A stretch of 54,421 nucleotides of DNA from a virus. Taxonomy: Duplodnaviria > Caudoviricetes. The DNA lies in IMG/VR virus record IMGVR_UViG_3300021061_000218, positions 1 to 54,421 of that record, one strand, 5' to 3'. The translations under genes and the position numbers were made by a program. Below the pieces are notes generated by a model, which saw nothing but the letters and a program-made list of their open reading frames with translations, searched no databases and had not been told where the DNA came from. Each line of letters opens with the position of its first letter. Positions within the stretch are counted from its first letter, which is position 1. Shown one piece after another: positions 1-10,000 of the stretch.

Positions 1-408
1 GTCCCGGTGGATGCGGTACTGGCGTCTGAGCCGAAAGAAGGAGTCGCAACCCAGGATCTTCCGGTCACAAGCATCGGGAGCGATACGGCAATCTTCGACA
101 TCGGCTCCAACAGCGTGAAGCAGTACAAGGATGTCATCGCCAAGGCGGGCATGATCGTCTGGAACGGGCCTATCGGTTTCTACGAAGTCGAGGCGTTCGC
201 CGGAGCGACAAAGGAGCTCGCCACTGCCGTCGCAGCAGCCACTAAAAAGGGAGCCGTGTCCATTATCGGCGGAGGCGATACCTTGGATTTCCACGTCCGC
301 TACGGCTATCCCTTGGACGCCTACTCGTTTGTGAGTACCGGTGGCGGCGCGATGCTGGAGTTCATCGCCGGCAAAACGCTCCCGGCACTTGTGCCGCTTC
401 GGGCCTGA
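1..408 (+). CDS. pgk: Phosphoglycerate kinase, C-terminal part (truncated by window start); host gene
   Basis: DIG, VWNGPIGFYE, IIGGGDT, VSTGGGAMLEF motifs; ends in TGA. Confidence 0.97.
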   Translation, partial: VPVDAVLASEPKEGVATQDLPVTSIGSDTAIFDIGSNSVKQYKDVIAKAGMIVWNGPIGFYEVEAFAGATKELATAVAAATKKGAVSIIGGGDTLDFHVRYGYPLDAYSFVSTGGGAMLEFIAGKTLPALVPLRA

Positions 409-441
409 CGGGAGCCTAAATTCCTAGTATTATTCCAGCCG

Positions 442-2019
442 ATGATGACCGTCCAACTCCAGGTCCTCTTTCGGAAGGAAGAGGAGTCATGGTCGGCGTT
501 CGCACGGCGTGCCGTTGACGCGCATGGTGACGTGCTGCTCGTGCTCGGCGCATCGGAGGATTCACTGCAGCGGGAGGAACAGCGTCGTGCATTCCTAGAA
601 GAGATCGGCGCACATCGCACGCGAATCCGCCTGGCCACGCACGATGAAAGTCTCGCGGCGGCCGCCCGAAAGCATGGCGTGCGCGTTATCGAGAACACAC
701 GGGCTTTGCGGACGGCGCTCGCCGGACATGCGTCCATGAAGGAAGCTCTTCGGCTGTTCTCGCCGCAACTCTGGAGACAGGAATGGCGGTCGCGTCTGCA
801 GTCCATGGGCCTGCTTTCCCTTCCGAAACTGCGCATCTGGACGCTGATTCTGATGAGCGTCGGTCTCTTCCTGTTCGTGCTGTTCAAGCTGCTGCCGTCC
901 GCGGAAATCCGGATCTGGCCGCGAGGTGAAACCGCCAGCCAAACCACTAATATCTTCCTCGTCCAGTCCGGCGCGACGGTGCCGTCCCGCGCCCGCAGCT
1001 TGCCGCTGACACCCATCGACGTGACCGTACGCAAGTCGATCACGTTCGATCAAATCAGCAAACAATTCATCGGCACCAACGCGCAGGTCTCCATGACCGT
1101 CGTCAACAAGACGGACGAGGAAGTGTCACTGAAGGAGGGGACTCGCTTCGTGAACCAGGCAGGGATGGTGTTCAAGATCACGAAGAGGGCGACCGTGCCG
1201 CCGCAGGGGAAGATGGCCGTCCCTTCCAAAGCCGAGGATGAAGACATGTTCAACGAAATCATCGGAGAGCGCGGAAATGTTCCTGCCGGTTTGAAGTGGA
1301 CGATTCCGGCGCTCGATGCCGAGCTCCAGAAGGTTATCTACGGCGAGAACCGGGTGGCCGCCACGGGAGGTAGAACCGCCTATCGCACGGTATTGCAGCA
1401 GGGCGATCTCGACTTGGCTCGCAAGCGCCTGGAGCAGGAGCTGCTGGCGGAGGCGAGGAGTTTGGTGCAGGAAGAGCTCATCCAGATGAATCAGCGCGAT
1501 CCCACGCGGCAGCTCCGCCTGCTCTCCTACGACCAATTGGTGAAGCCGACCTACAGTGGTTTCGTGTTGCCGACGCATCAGTTGAATCAGCCCGTAAGTT
1601 CCATTTCCGCGCAGGGAACGCTGATCTACCGTGTCCTGGCGTACGACGCCCAATCCATACTGGACATCGTCGGCACCGATCTGATGGCGCACGTATCCGA
1701 CGGTAAGAAGATCATCGAGGACACGGTGAACGTCGATCACATTGAGCTGCGTGTGTTCGATTACGCCGATGATCTCTCCTGGATCAAGTCCACGGTAGAA
1801 CTGACGGCCACGGAACAGTACATCTTGGATCCGTTGACGCCGCCGGGAGCCAAATTCGCGAAGAAAATCCGCGACGCCGTGACAGGGGAGTCGAAGCAGG
1901 ACGCCCTGCGGATCGTGAAGAACCTGCCCGAAGTGGAGAAAGCCGAAATCAGCCTCTGGCCGCCCTGGGGAAACACGTTGCCCGACATTCCTTCGCATAT
2001 TTCCATCTCCATCGAGTGA
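442..2019 (+). CDS. Host single-TM hypothetical protein with baseplate-J-like middle region (type I recall as common in CPR genomes)
   Basis: 525 aa ORF with host-like codon usage; TM at ~130-150; GTRF, GERGNVPAG, TGG and C-terminal ISLWPPW..LP motifs. Confidence 0.65.
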   Translation: MMTVQLQVLFRKEEESWSAFARRAVDAHGDVLLVLGASEDSLQREEQRRAFLEEIGAHRTRIRLATHDESLAAAARKHGVRVIENTRALRTALAGHASMKEALRLFSPQLWRQEWRSRLQSMGLLSLPKLRIWTLILMSVGLFLFVLFKLLPSAEIRIWPRGETASQTTNIFLVQSGATVPSRARSLPLTPIDVTVRKSITFDQISKQFIGTNAQVSMTVVNKTDEEVSLKEGTRFVNQAGMVFKITKRATVPPQGKMAVPSKAEDEDMFNEIIGERGNVPAGLKWTIPALDAELQKVIYGENRVAATGGRTAYRTVLQQGDLDLARKRLEQELLAEARSLVQEELIQMNQRDPTRQLRLLSYDQLVKPTYSGFVLPTHQLNQPVSSISAQGTLIYRVLAYDAQSILDIVGTDLMAHVSDGKKIIEDTVNVDHIELRVFDYADDLSWIKSTVELTATEQYILDPLTPPGAKFAKKIRDAVTGESKQDALRIVKNLPEVEKAEISLWPPWGNTLPDIPSHISISIE

Positions 2020-2669
2020 TGCCGAGCATCGGTCGACTTTGGCGTTTCTTCTGGATGACAGTCCTGGGCTTGGTTGCACTCGCCGCGCTCACCTTCGGCG
2101 CAGTCCTCCTCTTCGTCGTGTCGCAGTTCGACGGTTCCGCCGATTTCCCTGCGGACTGCGGCGTGGTCTTCGGAGCCGCGGTCTGGCCCTCGGCCAAGGA
2201 CGCCAGCGGCGCGGTGGTCTTATCCCAGCCGGGGCCGGGGATTACCAGAAGGGTGCAGACGGCCGTGGATCTCTACAAGAACGGTCAATTGCGGCGCATT
2301 TTCGTCACCGGCGGCAGGGGAGACGGCATGCCGGAAAGTGAGGCGCAGGTGATGCGCCGTTTCGCGGTGCAACAAGGCGTGAAGCCGTCGGATGTGATGA
2401 TGGAGACGAATTCACACTCCACGGAGGAGAATATCGCCCTGACCCAAAACTTGACTTCCGACTGCTCCGATATCGTGGCGATCAGTGATCGCTATCATCT
2501 GGCTCGGATCTCCTACATTGCCTGGGTGGACGGTTGGCCTGTTGCCACGCATCCGGCCTCACGCGTGGCGACGAGACGCTTCGAAGTCTACAGCGTGGTG
2601 CGCGAGGCACTGGGAATCCTGCATTTCACGTTCGAGCGGATTACCGGCATCCGAATTCTCGAACCCTAA
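2016..2669 (+). CDS. YdcF/SanA (DUF218) family protein; host gene
   Basis: N-terminal TM, VVFGA, FVTGG, SEAQVM, SHSTEEN, SDRYHLAR, VRE motifs. Confidence 0.92.
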   Translation: MMPSIGRLWRFFWMTVLGLVALAALTFGAVLLFVVSQFDGSADFPADCGVVFGAAVWPSAKDASGAVVLSQPGPGITRRVQTAVDLYKNGQLRRIFVTGGRGDGMPESEAQVMRRFAVQQGVKPSDVMMETNSHSTEENIALTQNLTSDCSDIVAISDRYHLARISYIAWVDGWPVATHPASRVATRRFEVYSVVREALGILHFTFERITGIRILEP

Positions 2670-3139
2670 GAGTGTCGATCGGATTCGACAGCCCCTTGGA
2701 AGAGTTTTCCACAGGACGGTGGATACCGAGCTCGTTTCGAAGGGCGTTTATGTTAAGTATTAGGAGCTGCTCCCCGACCGGATTTCAGTATTCTTACTGT
2801 ATAGGCCGTTTCTCTAAGGTATTTTGGCACTTCTTCTATAAATGCCCTATAACGCGAGATCGTCTCTCGGACGACTCCGACTAGCCTGCCCCACGGACTT
2901 TTATGGGGTTCGCTCTAACTTTTTCCTCAGAGCGGGGAAGTCGGGGATGGGAGATGAAGAGGTGGGAAACCGAATGCATCTCGGTAGAAAACTCTCGAGT
3001 GGTGATCCGATGAGTGTTGATCATATGAATGATTATTCGTGCGTACGAATGAGGAGATATGTACGAGAGGAAACGGCAAAAGCAGCTCGGCTGTAGAGAG
3101 ACCATCCTGTTGACTGAAATGCCCTTGCATTTGAAATAA

Positions 3140-3167
3140 TGTTAACATAAAATGCATTATGTAAACC
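3140..3167 (+). other. dif-like recombination site (attL)
   Basis: TGTTAACATAA-AATGCA-TTATGTAAACC: 11-6-11 layout with inverted XerD-type arms; identity with the window-end copy begins exactly at the 6-bp core. Confidence 0.85.
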
Positions 3168-3277
3168 AAGCCCTAGACAGATCCCAACATTCCATAAGCC
3201 CGTCCCCCTCCTGCGACTCCCCCATCTTCCTAACCGTTGGGAGGGGCCGGCTACTTCATTCCACGTTGAGGCGTGGA
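3151..3277 (+). repeat. 127-bp direct repeat, copy 1
   Basis: Identical to 54295-54421. Confidence 0.97.
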
Positions 3278-3342
3278 TACTGCGCACTTCAGGGTAACCC
3301 CGCAGGACGACCCCTCCCACCACAATATGTCTTCTCCAAAAC

Positions 3343-4353
3343 ATGTTGACTCCCCTGTCCACCCCGAGGATCATTCTGAGTTCTATGATTATACCATCAA
3401 ATCCTCTCATGCAAGCTATCGAGAGATACCTGCAGTTCCTGAAGGCGGAGCAGAATAGATCCCCGCTCACGGTCCTGAGCTATGCCGATTCCCTCACGTT
3501 CGTCTGCAAGCACATTGGGGTCTCCTCCCCGCTGGAGATCAGCAAAGAGGTCGTGCGGAACTTCAAGGGGGAGCTGCATGAGTTTAAGAAGAGAACCGGT
3601 GGGCGGCTGTCTACTCGGACGAAGAACCACCACTTAACCGTCCTCCGTGCCTTCCTTCGCTACCTGATCCGGGAGGAGGGCGCCATTGTGTACTCGCCTG
3701 ACAATATCTCCTTGTTCCACGAGGAGGAGCGGCACGTGAAGTTCCTCTCGAAAGAGGAGATGCAGCGCCTCATCGAGGCCCCCAACAGGATGACAAGAGA
3801 GGGAATGCGGGACGCAGCCATGCTCAACCTCTTCTTCTCAACAGGACTCCGCCTCCAGGAGCTTCGCCTCCTCAATAGGGATGACGTGAACCTCGAGAGC
3901 TGTGAGATGAGCATTCGGGGCAAGAGAGGGAAGGTGCGGGTGGTCTTCCTCTCCCCATCCTGTGCGGAGGCGTTACGGGACTACCTTTCGGTGCGGATCG
4001 ACCAGCTCCCCGCCCTCTTCATTCGCAGGCTCGGGTCTGCTGCGTGGAATCCTGTTAAAGGGGAGGATTACCGCCTCTCCCGGCAGTGGATCAATCAGAT
4101 GGTGAAGAAGTACGCCCGTCAGGCGGGCATCACCTGCTCCCCCTCGCCCCATACGCTGCGCCACTCCTTTGCCACCGACCTTTTGAGTAACGGGGCGGAC
4201 CTGCGTAGCGTGCAGGAGATGCTGGGGCATGCGGATCTCTCGACAACCCAGATCTATACCCATGTGACGAACCCGCAGCTCAGAGAGACGCATAAGAAGT
4301 TCCATTACGACCCCCATCTCCCGAAGGTCACCCTGCCTTCTTCCGGGGCCTGA
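3343..4353 (+). CDS. XerC/XerD-like tyrosine recombinase (phage integrase); true start may be ATG 3385 or 3409
   Basis: RD..L.LFFSTGLR..EL, GKRGKVR, SPHTLRHSFATDLL.NGADLRSVQEMLGH...TTQIYTHV. Confidence 0.95.
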   Translation: MLTPLSTPRIILSSMIIPSNPLMQAIERYLQFLKAEQNRSPLTVLSYADSLTFVCKHIGVSSPLEISKEVVRNFKGELHEFKKRTGGRLSTRTKNHHLTVLRAFLRYLIREEGAIVYSPDNISLFHEEERHVKFLSKEEMQRLIEAPNRMTREGMRDAAMLNLFFSTGLRLQELRLLNRDDVNLESCEMSIRGKRGKVRVVFLSPSCAEALRDYLSVRIDQLPALFIRRLGSAAWNPVKGEDYRLSRQWINQMVKKYARQAGITCSPSPHTLRHSFATDLLSNGADLRSVQEMLGHADLSTTQIYTHVTNPQLRETHKKFHYDPHLPKVTLPSSGA

Positions 4354-4825
4354 ACTGGCGCAGTTGCGTTGCTCGTACCGTATACACCTCCCTGCCGTAT
4401 AAAAAGAGCGGGGACTTCAGCTCATCGAACTCCCCTCTCGAAATCCACCCCAGTACCTCCGCCTCTTCCTGGCTGGGGTCTAGTCTCATGAGGATGTAGC
4501 GCTTGGGAGATTTCCGCTCCCACTCCCTCTTTTTTACGATGAGGAGAGGGTTTCTGTCCTTGCACATCCTCGTTTTGATCTCCAGCGTGCCGAAGTCTCC
4601 CCTATCCCCTCCTGCATAGATTTCCTCGTTGATGGGCATCCCCGTGATCTTCGAGAAGGCCATCTCCCCGAGGAGCCCGATCATGTGGGGGTACCAGCGG
4701 TGGGGATTGTCGTGGTAGCCCGAATCGTTGAAGCGGATGTGCTTGGGCTTGGCTTGGACTCTCTTCTTTGCCAGTTTCTCAGCATGCTTACGGTCTTTGA
4801 GTGTGAGAAGAACGGTGTGAGACAT
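4328..4825 (-). CDS. Phage protein, possible PD-(D/E)XK nuclease fold
   Basis: GLLGEMAF...GD...EIKT pattern; ATG 4825 chosen as start. Confidence 0.55.
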   Translation of the reverse strand: MSHTVLLTLKDRKHAEKLAKKRVQAKPKHIRFNDSGYHDNPHRWYPHMIGLLGEMAFSKITGMPINEEIYAGGDRGDFGTLEIKTRMCKDRNPLLIVKKREWERKSPKRYILMRLDPSQEEAEVLGWISRGEFDELKSPLFLYGREVYTVRATQLRQFRPRKKAG

Positions 4826-4911
4826 CTCACAATCCGAAGGTAGCAGATTAGGCCACAAACTTCAATTTCCCTCTATGGACGCAGCGGGGAAAAAGATGTA
4901 TATACGAAATC

Positions 4912-5115
4912 ATGGATCGCAACTACGAAGACATGCTCGAAGCAGCTGAAATCATTCATGATCACCCGTTCGTTCCCGAGAAGCCTCGCATCGCTCAGGA
5001 GGCGGCCTTTGAGGCGGATGAGGCCTTCGCACGTAATGAGATCACTACCGAGCAGCTCATCCGTCTCTACGCCCTTCTGGGAGTCTCCCCTTCTGCCCCT
5101 TCCCAAGCGCACTGA
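4912..5115 (+). CDS. Hypothetical protein
   Basis: 67 aa ATG ORF with phage-like codon usage. Confidence 0.55.
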   Translation: MDRNYEDMLEAAEIIHDHPFVPEKPRIAQEAAFEADEAFARNEITTEQLIRLYALLGVSPSAPSQAH

Positions 5116-5219
5116 TGAGTAACTACAAAACACCCCGCAAGTCGGCCAGACGACGTCTCGCCCCGACAAAGAGGGCGCTGACAGGCCGAAAGGTTGGTCG
5201 AGGGGCGAAGAGGCGCTGA

Positions 5220-5426
5220 TTATCTGTGCGCCCGGTCGTAGTCCTGAAAAAGGCCTACCAAAGTTTGGAGGCCTACATTCCAGGATTCCGCTGCTGTCTC
5301 AGTGAGTGCTCTGTTGAACACCCGCTGAGCGTCTTCTACTGCCGCCTCCCAATGTTCTTCGCATTGGCTTTTGGCTCTCGTGATCTTTGCGCTGTGCTCG
5401 AGAGCCGCTTCATTGAGGACGTCCAT
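5220..5426 (-). CDS. Hypothetical protein at the end of the lysis cassette
   Basis: 68 aa, abuts the upstream gene in the operon. Confidence 0.6.
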   Translation of the reverse strand: MDVLNEAALEHSAKITRAKSQCEEHWEAAVEDAQRVFNRALTETAAESWNVGLQTLVGLFQDYDRAHR

Positions 5427-5427
5427 A

Positions 5428-5628
5428 TCATAGCTTGGAACTGAACTTGGAAAGAGTCTTGAGGAGAGCTGCGATGACGACCGTGGCGACTTCTTCGTAT
5501 TGACCGAAGTCCACAGCGTCTACTTTCTGAAGGACCGCAACGAGGCCCGCAGAGACGCCGACAATGACAAGGGTCTTGAAGCCGGAGATGATCTTCGCTT
5601 TGTGGTTAAACCAGAACTGAGAAAACAT
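5428..5628 (-). CDS. Putative holin / small two-TM protein
   Basis: Two hydrophobic helices; directly after the endolysin; ATG preceded by ATTCCTAACACACAC. Confidence 0.6.
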   Translation of the reverse strand: MFSQFWFNHKAKIISGFKTLVIVGVSAGLVAVLQKVDAVDFGQYEEVATVVIAALLKTLSKFSSKL

Positions 5629-5635
5629 GTGTGTG

Positions 5636-6082
5636 TTAGGAATAATAATAAACAATGTAAGGCTCCACGTTCGTGAGCACCCATCGCCCCTTCTTCAGCA
5701 CCCAGTACTCCCAGTGGAGATGGACGTTTGTGGAGAAGCCTGTCGTGCCCATCACCCCCACGGGATCCCCCATGTGGACGAACTGCCCGCTCTTCACCCC
5801 TACCTTCTCAAGGTGGGCGTAGATGCTCTTTCGCTTCTCCCCTTCTACGGTGTAGGGCTGAGAGATGATGCTGATGTAGTTGCCCAGATCCTTATCCTTC
5901 CCCACCTTCACATACCCCTCGTGGGCAGCCTTGAGCACAATCCCCTTCTCTCCCGGAGCCTTGGGGGCGATATCGAGAGCGCCATGTATACCGCTCGCCG
6001 TATAGCTCACAGGGGTGTGAAACCGCTGCATGATCCGGAAGTCCTTTCCGTCCTTGCCGGCGAGAGGATTGATGACGCTCAT
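5636..6082 (-). CDS. M23 family peptidase, putative endolysin
   Basis: HGALD, GNYI, YAHL, MGTTGFST..HLHWE. Confidence 0.92.
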   Translation of the reverse strand: MSVINPLAGKDGKDFRIMQRFHTPVSYTASGIHGALDIAPKAPGEKGIVLKAAHEGYVKVGKDKDLGNYISIISQPYTVEGEKRKSIYAHLEKVGVKSGQFVHMGDPVGVMGTTGFSTNVHLHWEYWVLKKGRWVLTNVEPYIVYYYS

Positions 6083-6351
6083 TACTTGATGAGAACGAGA
6101 CTGAGGAGAGCCGTGATGATCCCCACGACCACCACTCCCCCCACCACTTTCATGGTGCTGATGTAAGGCTGGATCTTGTCTTCGAGGTTCTTCAATTCGC
6201 CCTTCGTGGCGAACTTCTCATCGAGGGTAACTTTTATCTCCTTCATCTCCCCGCTCAGGGCGTCGACACTTTGTTTGGTAAGGAGGATGAGCTCTCTGTC
6301 TGTGTATTCCGGATGGTCCATGTCTATATTTGGGTTATGTGCCGACTCCAA
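6082..6351 (-). CDS. Holin-like protein (coiled coil plus C-terminal TM)
   Basis: C-terminal VVGGVVVVGIITALLSLVLIK; immediately upstream of the endolysin; start may be 6321. Confidence 0.6.
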   Translation of the reverse strand: MESAHNPNIDMDHPEYTDRELILLTKQSVDALSGEMKEIKVTLDEKFATKGELKNLEDKIQPYISTMKVVGGVVVVGIITALLSLVLIK

Positions 6352-7009
6352 GAAGTAAAAGGCGGCGAGGGGCAGCCGCAGCGACGGACGGGGCGATGGA
6401 TGCGATCATGAGGGCGTTTCTCGTCGAGCCCGTCCAGGTGATGTTGAGTGAGTGTGAGCCTGCCGGTGTCTTGGCTCCGTTGCTGTCGATGAAGGTGTTG
6501 TTCGTCTGGCCGGAGGCCGTTTCGTTGAAGACGATGGAGGTTCCTGCTCCTGCTGTGGGGTTGGAACCGTTGTTGGTGATGAGCCAACCTACCAGCCAGC
6601 AGTTATCATCAATGGTCGTCACCGACTCCGTCTGGGAGGTGCCCGTCGTGAGGGAGTTGGAGTTCTCGGCGTCCGGCTGTCCTGATTGCTTCGCTCCTGT
6701 GTAGGACGAGGAAACGGCGAGGATGGTTCCCGACGCCGGGCAGCTGATGGAGATGTCGTTCGCTCCCGTGCTCGGGTTAATGAGATAGTAGAGATATCCT
6801 CTCGGTGTCGACGTTCCCGCCTGCTCCGTGTTGATCCGAGTCATTGCGACACCGTTGTAGGTCACGGTAGAGACGTTGTCCCCTCCCGCCCCTGCGTACG
6901 TGGTGATGCCCACCAAGAGAATCCGATCCGATCCGGAGCACGTGTGAGAGAAGGTTAAGTTGAAACCAACGCTCGTCCCTGTGCTGTTGGCATCACGGGC
7001 AATGGCCAT
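6335..7009 (-). CDS. Tail fibre-associated / virion beta-rich protein
   Basis: T/S/G-rich; TFSHTCSGSDRILLV, VTYNGVAMT; C-terminal LLLGVG. Confidence 0.7.
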   Translation of the reverse strand: MAIARDANSTGTSVGFNLTFSHTCSGSDRILLVGITTYAGAGGDNVSTVTYNGVAMTRINTEQAGTSTPRGYLYYLINPSTGANDISISCPASGTILAVSSSYTGAKQSGQPDAENSNSLTTGTSQTESVTTIDDNCWLVGWLITNNGSNPTAGAGTSIVFNETASGQTNNTFIDSNGAKTPAGSHSLNITWTGSTRNALMIASIAPSVAAAAPRRLLLLGVGT

Positions 7010-7011
7010 TG

Positions 7012-10000
7012 TTATTTGTAGAAGATGTTCACGATGCAGGCGTTGGCAGCGGGGGCTCCGGTGTCGTTATCCGCAAGGCCGGTTGTCACAGCCGCCGAGA
7101 TAGCGGTGCTGAAAGACACGGGGTACGGGAAGCCGACGTGAGCTGCAGCCCCTGCGGGGATCGGGAAAGTCATCACCGGAGTCGTCGTCCCGACCGTCGT
7201 GTTCGCTGCGGTTGCGTTGTAGAATTTCAGGTAGTGGATCGAGGCTGCGGCGTTGAATATGTAGTAGCCGTAGACGTTTCCTGCGGTGGCCTTCACCTCT
7301 TCCTCCGACTCATCGAGATCGATGGAACGGAAGATTGAGCATCCGCTCGTGGTTGTGGGTGTGAGAGTCGCCCAGATGGCTCCTTCGGCAGAGGCATCCA
7401 TTGTTGCCCAGTCCCCGGAGGTACCGGCACTCGTGGCGGCAGTGTCGATTCTGCGAACGCCGTTCACGGTGAGGGCTTCCCCAGCGATGTGTGCGACGTC
7501 CTCGGGGACCGTTCCGGCAACCCAAAGCTTGCGGAAGTTATCAACGATCGGCGTTGTATAGTCACCGTCGTTGGAGACGCTTGCGTTGGCGATAGGGAGA
7601 TCCTGTCGAACAGCCATGATGGCAACGCCCTGATCGCCTGCGGCAGAGGCAACGTCCTCCGCCTTCATCGGGCCCGTGGTGCCTGCTCCGAGAGCGGAAA
7701 CGGTAGAGACCGTGGTAACGGTGGAGATGACGCCCGTGCCGTTCGTGGGCAGCTCAACTCTGAGCGCACCCGTTGCCGTTCCGGAACCCGTGACAGGCTG
7801 CGAGCCGTTCCAGTCGACGGAGTGTGAGTCACCGCTGTCGAAGATCTCCACCTTCAGACGCCCGTTGGCGTCCATCTGGAGAGGGCCGATCTCGTTGGTG
7901 GTGTCGACGAGGGTGGTGTCTGCGTCTCTGCGGACTGCGCCAATCACATTCCCCTTCGTCGTCGTCTCTGTGTACGTGGTTGTGCCGAGTGTGGCGACAG
8001 TATCGTCAATGAGCTGCAGGGCCGTGAGGGCGGAGCCGTCTACTTGGACGGCAAAGGTTCCTGCATTGGTAACCGGGCCCGCAATCGCCAGCTGGTTGCT
8101 GGCGTTCACATTGACGCCTCTCTCGTTGCCAGCAGCGTCACGGATGGTCGTGTAGATGTTCCTATTCGCCGACATGCGAGCCGCCCCCGCATCCCCTTCG
8201 TCAACTGAGTCGGGGCTTCCATCATCGAACTCGAAGCCCGCCATCATCACCTTTGTGGTGGCCGGCGTAAATGCGGCATCGTCTTGTTTAATCGCATCGT
8301 CAATCAGCTCCACAGAGGTCTGAATGGCTTCCTCTGCGGCGATTTGCTGCGCCTGCGAAGCGGCTGTCGCAACCCCGGAAACTGATACTGTGCCATCAAC
8401 CGTGATCGTGTTCCCCCCGTCATCAATCGAGATGTTCCCGCCGTTATCCGTTACAGGGATCGCATCGACATGCTTTACGTAGAGCTCACCCTTATCCGTT
8501 CCACGGGCAGCCACGTTGTCCCCATCATCCGAGGTAACTCCGGCGAGTGCATCTGCACGGATGAGGTTCAGGGCGGTGCCCACGGGGTTCCCTGCCGCTG
8601 CCGCATCCTCTGTGTACTGCGTCCCCCCTCCCCCGCCGGAGAGGACATCTACTTGGATGTGTCCGTCCGCATCGACAAGAGGTACATACGAAGTCCCCGA
8701 TCCATCCTTCGCCGTGTTGGCGTAAACGAGGATGTCGTCGGAAGCTTTGTCGATATCTCTAATGTCGAGGTTCGTGGCCTGGACGGTGACCGTCGGCATC
8801 GTGATCACGTCCACCTGCATTTCCGTACCTGAGACAGCGCCGGCAAGAGTGCTCGTGTCCGCATCTATCGTCGTGAGTAACGCCTCAATGCCGTCGACGT
8901 GACCAATGATCGTGTCCTGCTTCGCACTCGTCGCAGCCCCCGTGGGGAGAGCAGACGAGAGAACGTCCACGTCACCGATGTTGTTCGTGCCTGCTGGTAG
9001 AGCCGCATCGATGGTGGCAGAGGTCTTGAGTCTGCGAGTCTCCGTGATCCCCACCACACCCAGATCTCCGTCCGTGACGGATGAAGGAGACGATTCGTAG
9101 ACACCCATGGCAGGTGTGCCGGGGGTCGTGCCGTCCGTGAAATCCGCATCGTCTGCAGCTGACGTCCCTCCGAAGGAGATGTCGGAGGTCTTGATGTTGA
9201 TGTCGAGCTTGTCTGAGTTGATGGCTGCAGCGAGTTCCGTGAGAGCTCCATGGGAGATAGGCTGCGTAACTGCGGATCCATCAACCTTCAGGGCCGTCAT
9301 GGATGCGATACCCTGCACTGTGATGACATCGGCTGAGGCCGTGCCAGCCGTTCCCAAGGCCGGCTGCTTCGCTGCTGTTGCCGCTCCTGTGGGGAGCGCT
9401 GAGCTCAGGACATCGACCTGCATCTCCGTGCCGGAGACCGCTCCTGCGAGCGTGTCGACCTTCGTGGAGATGTTTCCGGTGTCCCCATCGATGGTCGTGA
9501 GGAGCCCCTCGATCCCATCGACATGGCCGATGATGGTGTCTTGCTTGGCGCTGGTGGAGACGCCTGTAACCGTGAGTGCATCCACGTGCTTCACGTAGAC
9601 CTCTCCTTTGTCAGTGGCCCGGAGGGCGATGTTGTCCCCGTCTGCGCTTGTGACGCCTGCCAGGGAGTCCGCACGCACGGCCATCGCCATTCCCCCAGAG
9701 GGGTTCGCTGCTGCCGCTGCGTCTTCGGTGTACTCCGTCCCTGACGAGGATCCTGCGACGATATTCACTCGAACGGCATCGTTCGTGTCGTCCATCGCTG
9801 AATCCCCTGTCGGGGTCTCGATCGTGGTGTAGAGGCCTCTCTTCTGCGTCATGGCCAAGGCTCCTGCATCACCATCGTCTACGGAGTCCCTCGTGGATCG
9901 GTAAATACCGCCGGCGGGGGTGATAGCCCCGCTTCCGACCGTGAAAGCGGCGTCGTCCGTCATGGACGTGCCTCCGGACCCCGCTCCGCCCGTCAGGAAG

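Noticed and set aside
442-2019. Baseplate-J-like gene as part of the prophage
   Set aside because: Lies outside attL, is co-oriented with pgk and the YdcF gene, and has host codon usage; the phage has no contractile tail genes.
2670-2700. GGATTCGACAG resembling a tmRNA 5' end
   Set aside because: No GGGG acceptor start and no matching T-arm/CCA 3' end nearby.
2705-2713. DnaA-box-like TTTTCCACA
   Set aside because: Single imperfect copy, no cluster.
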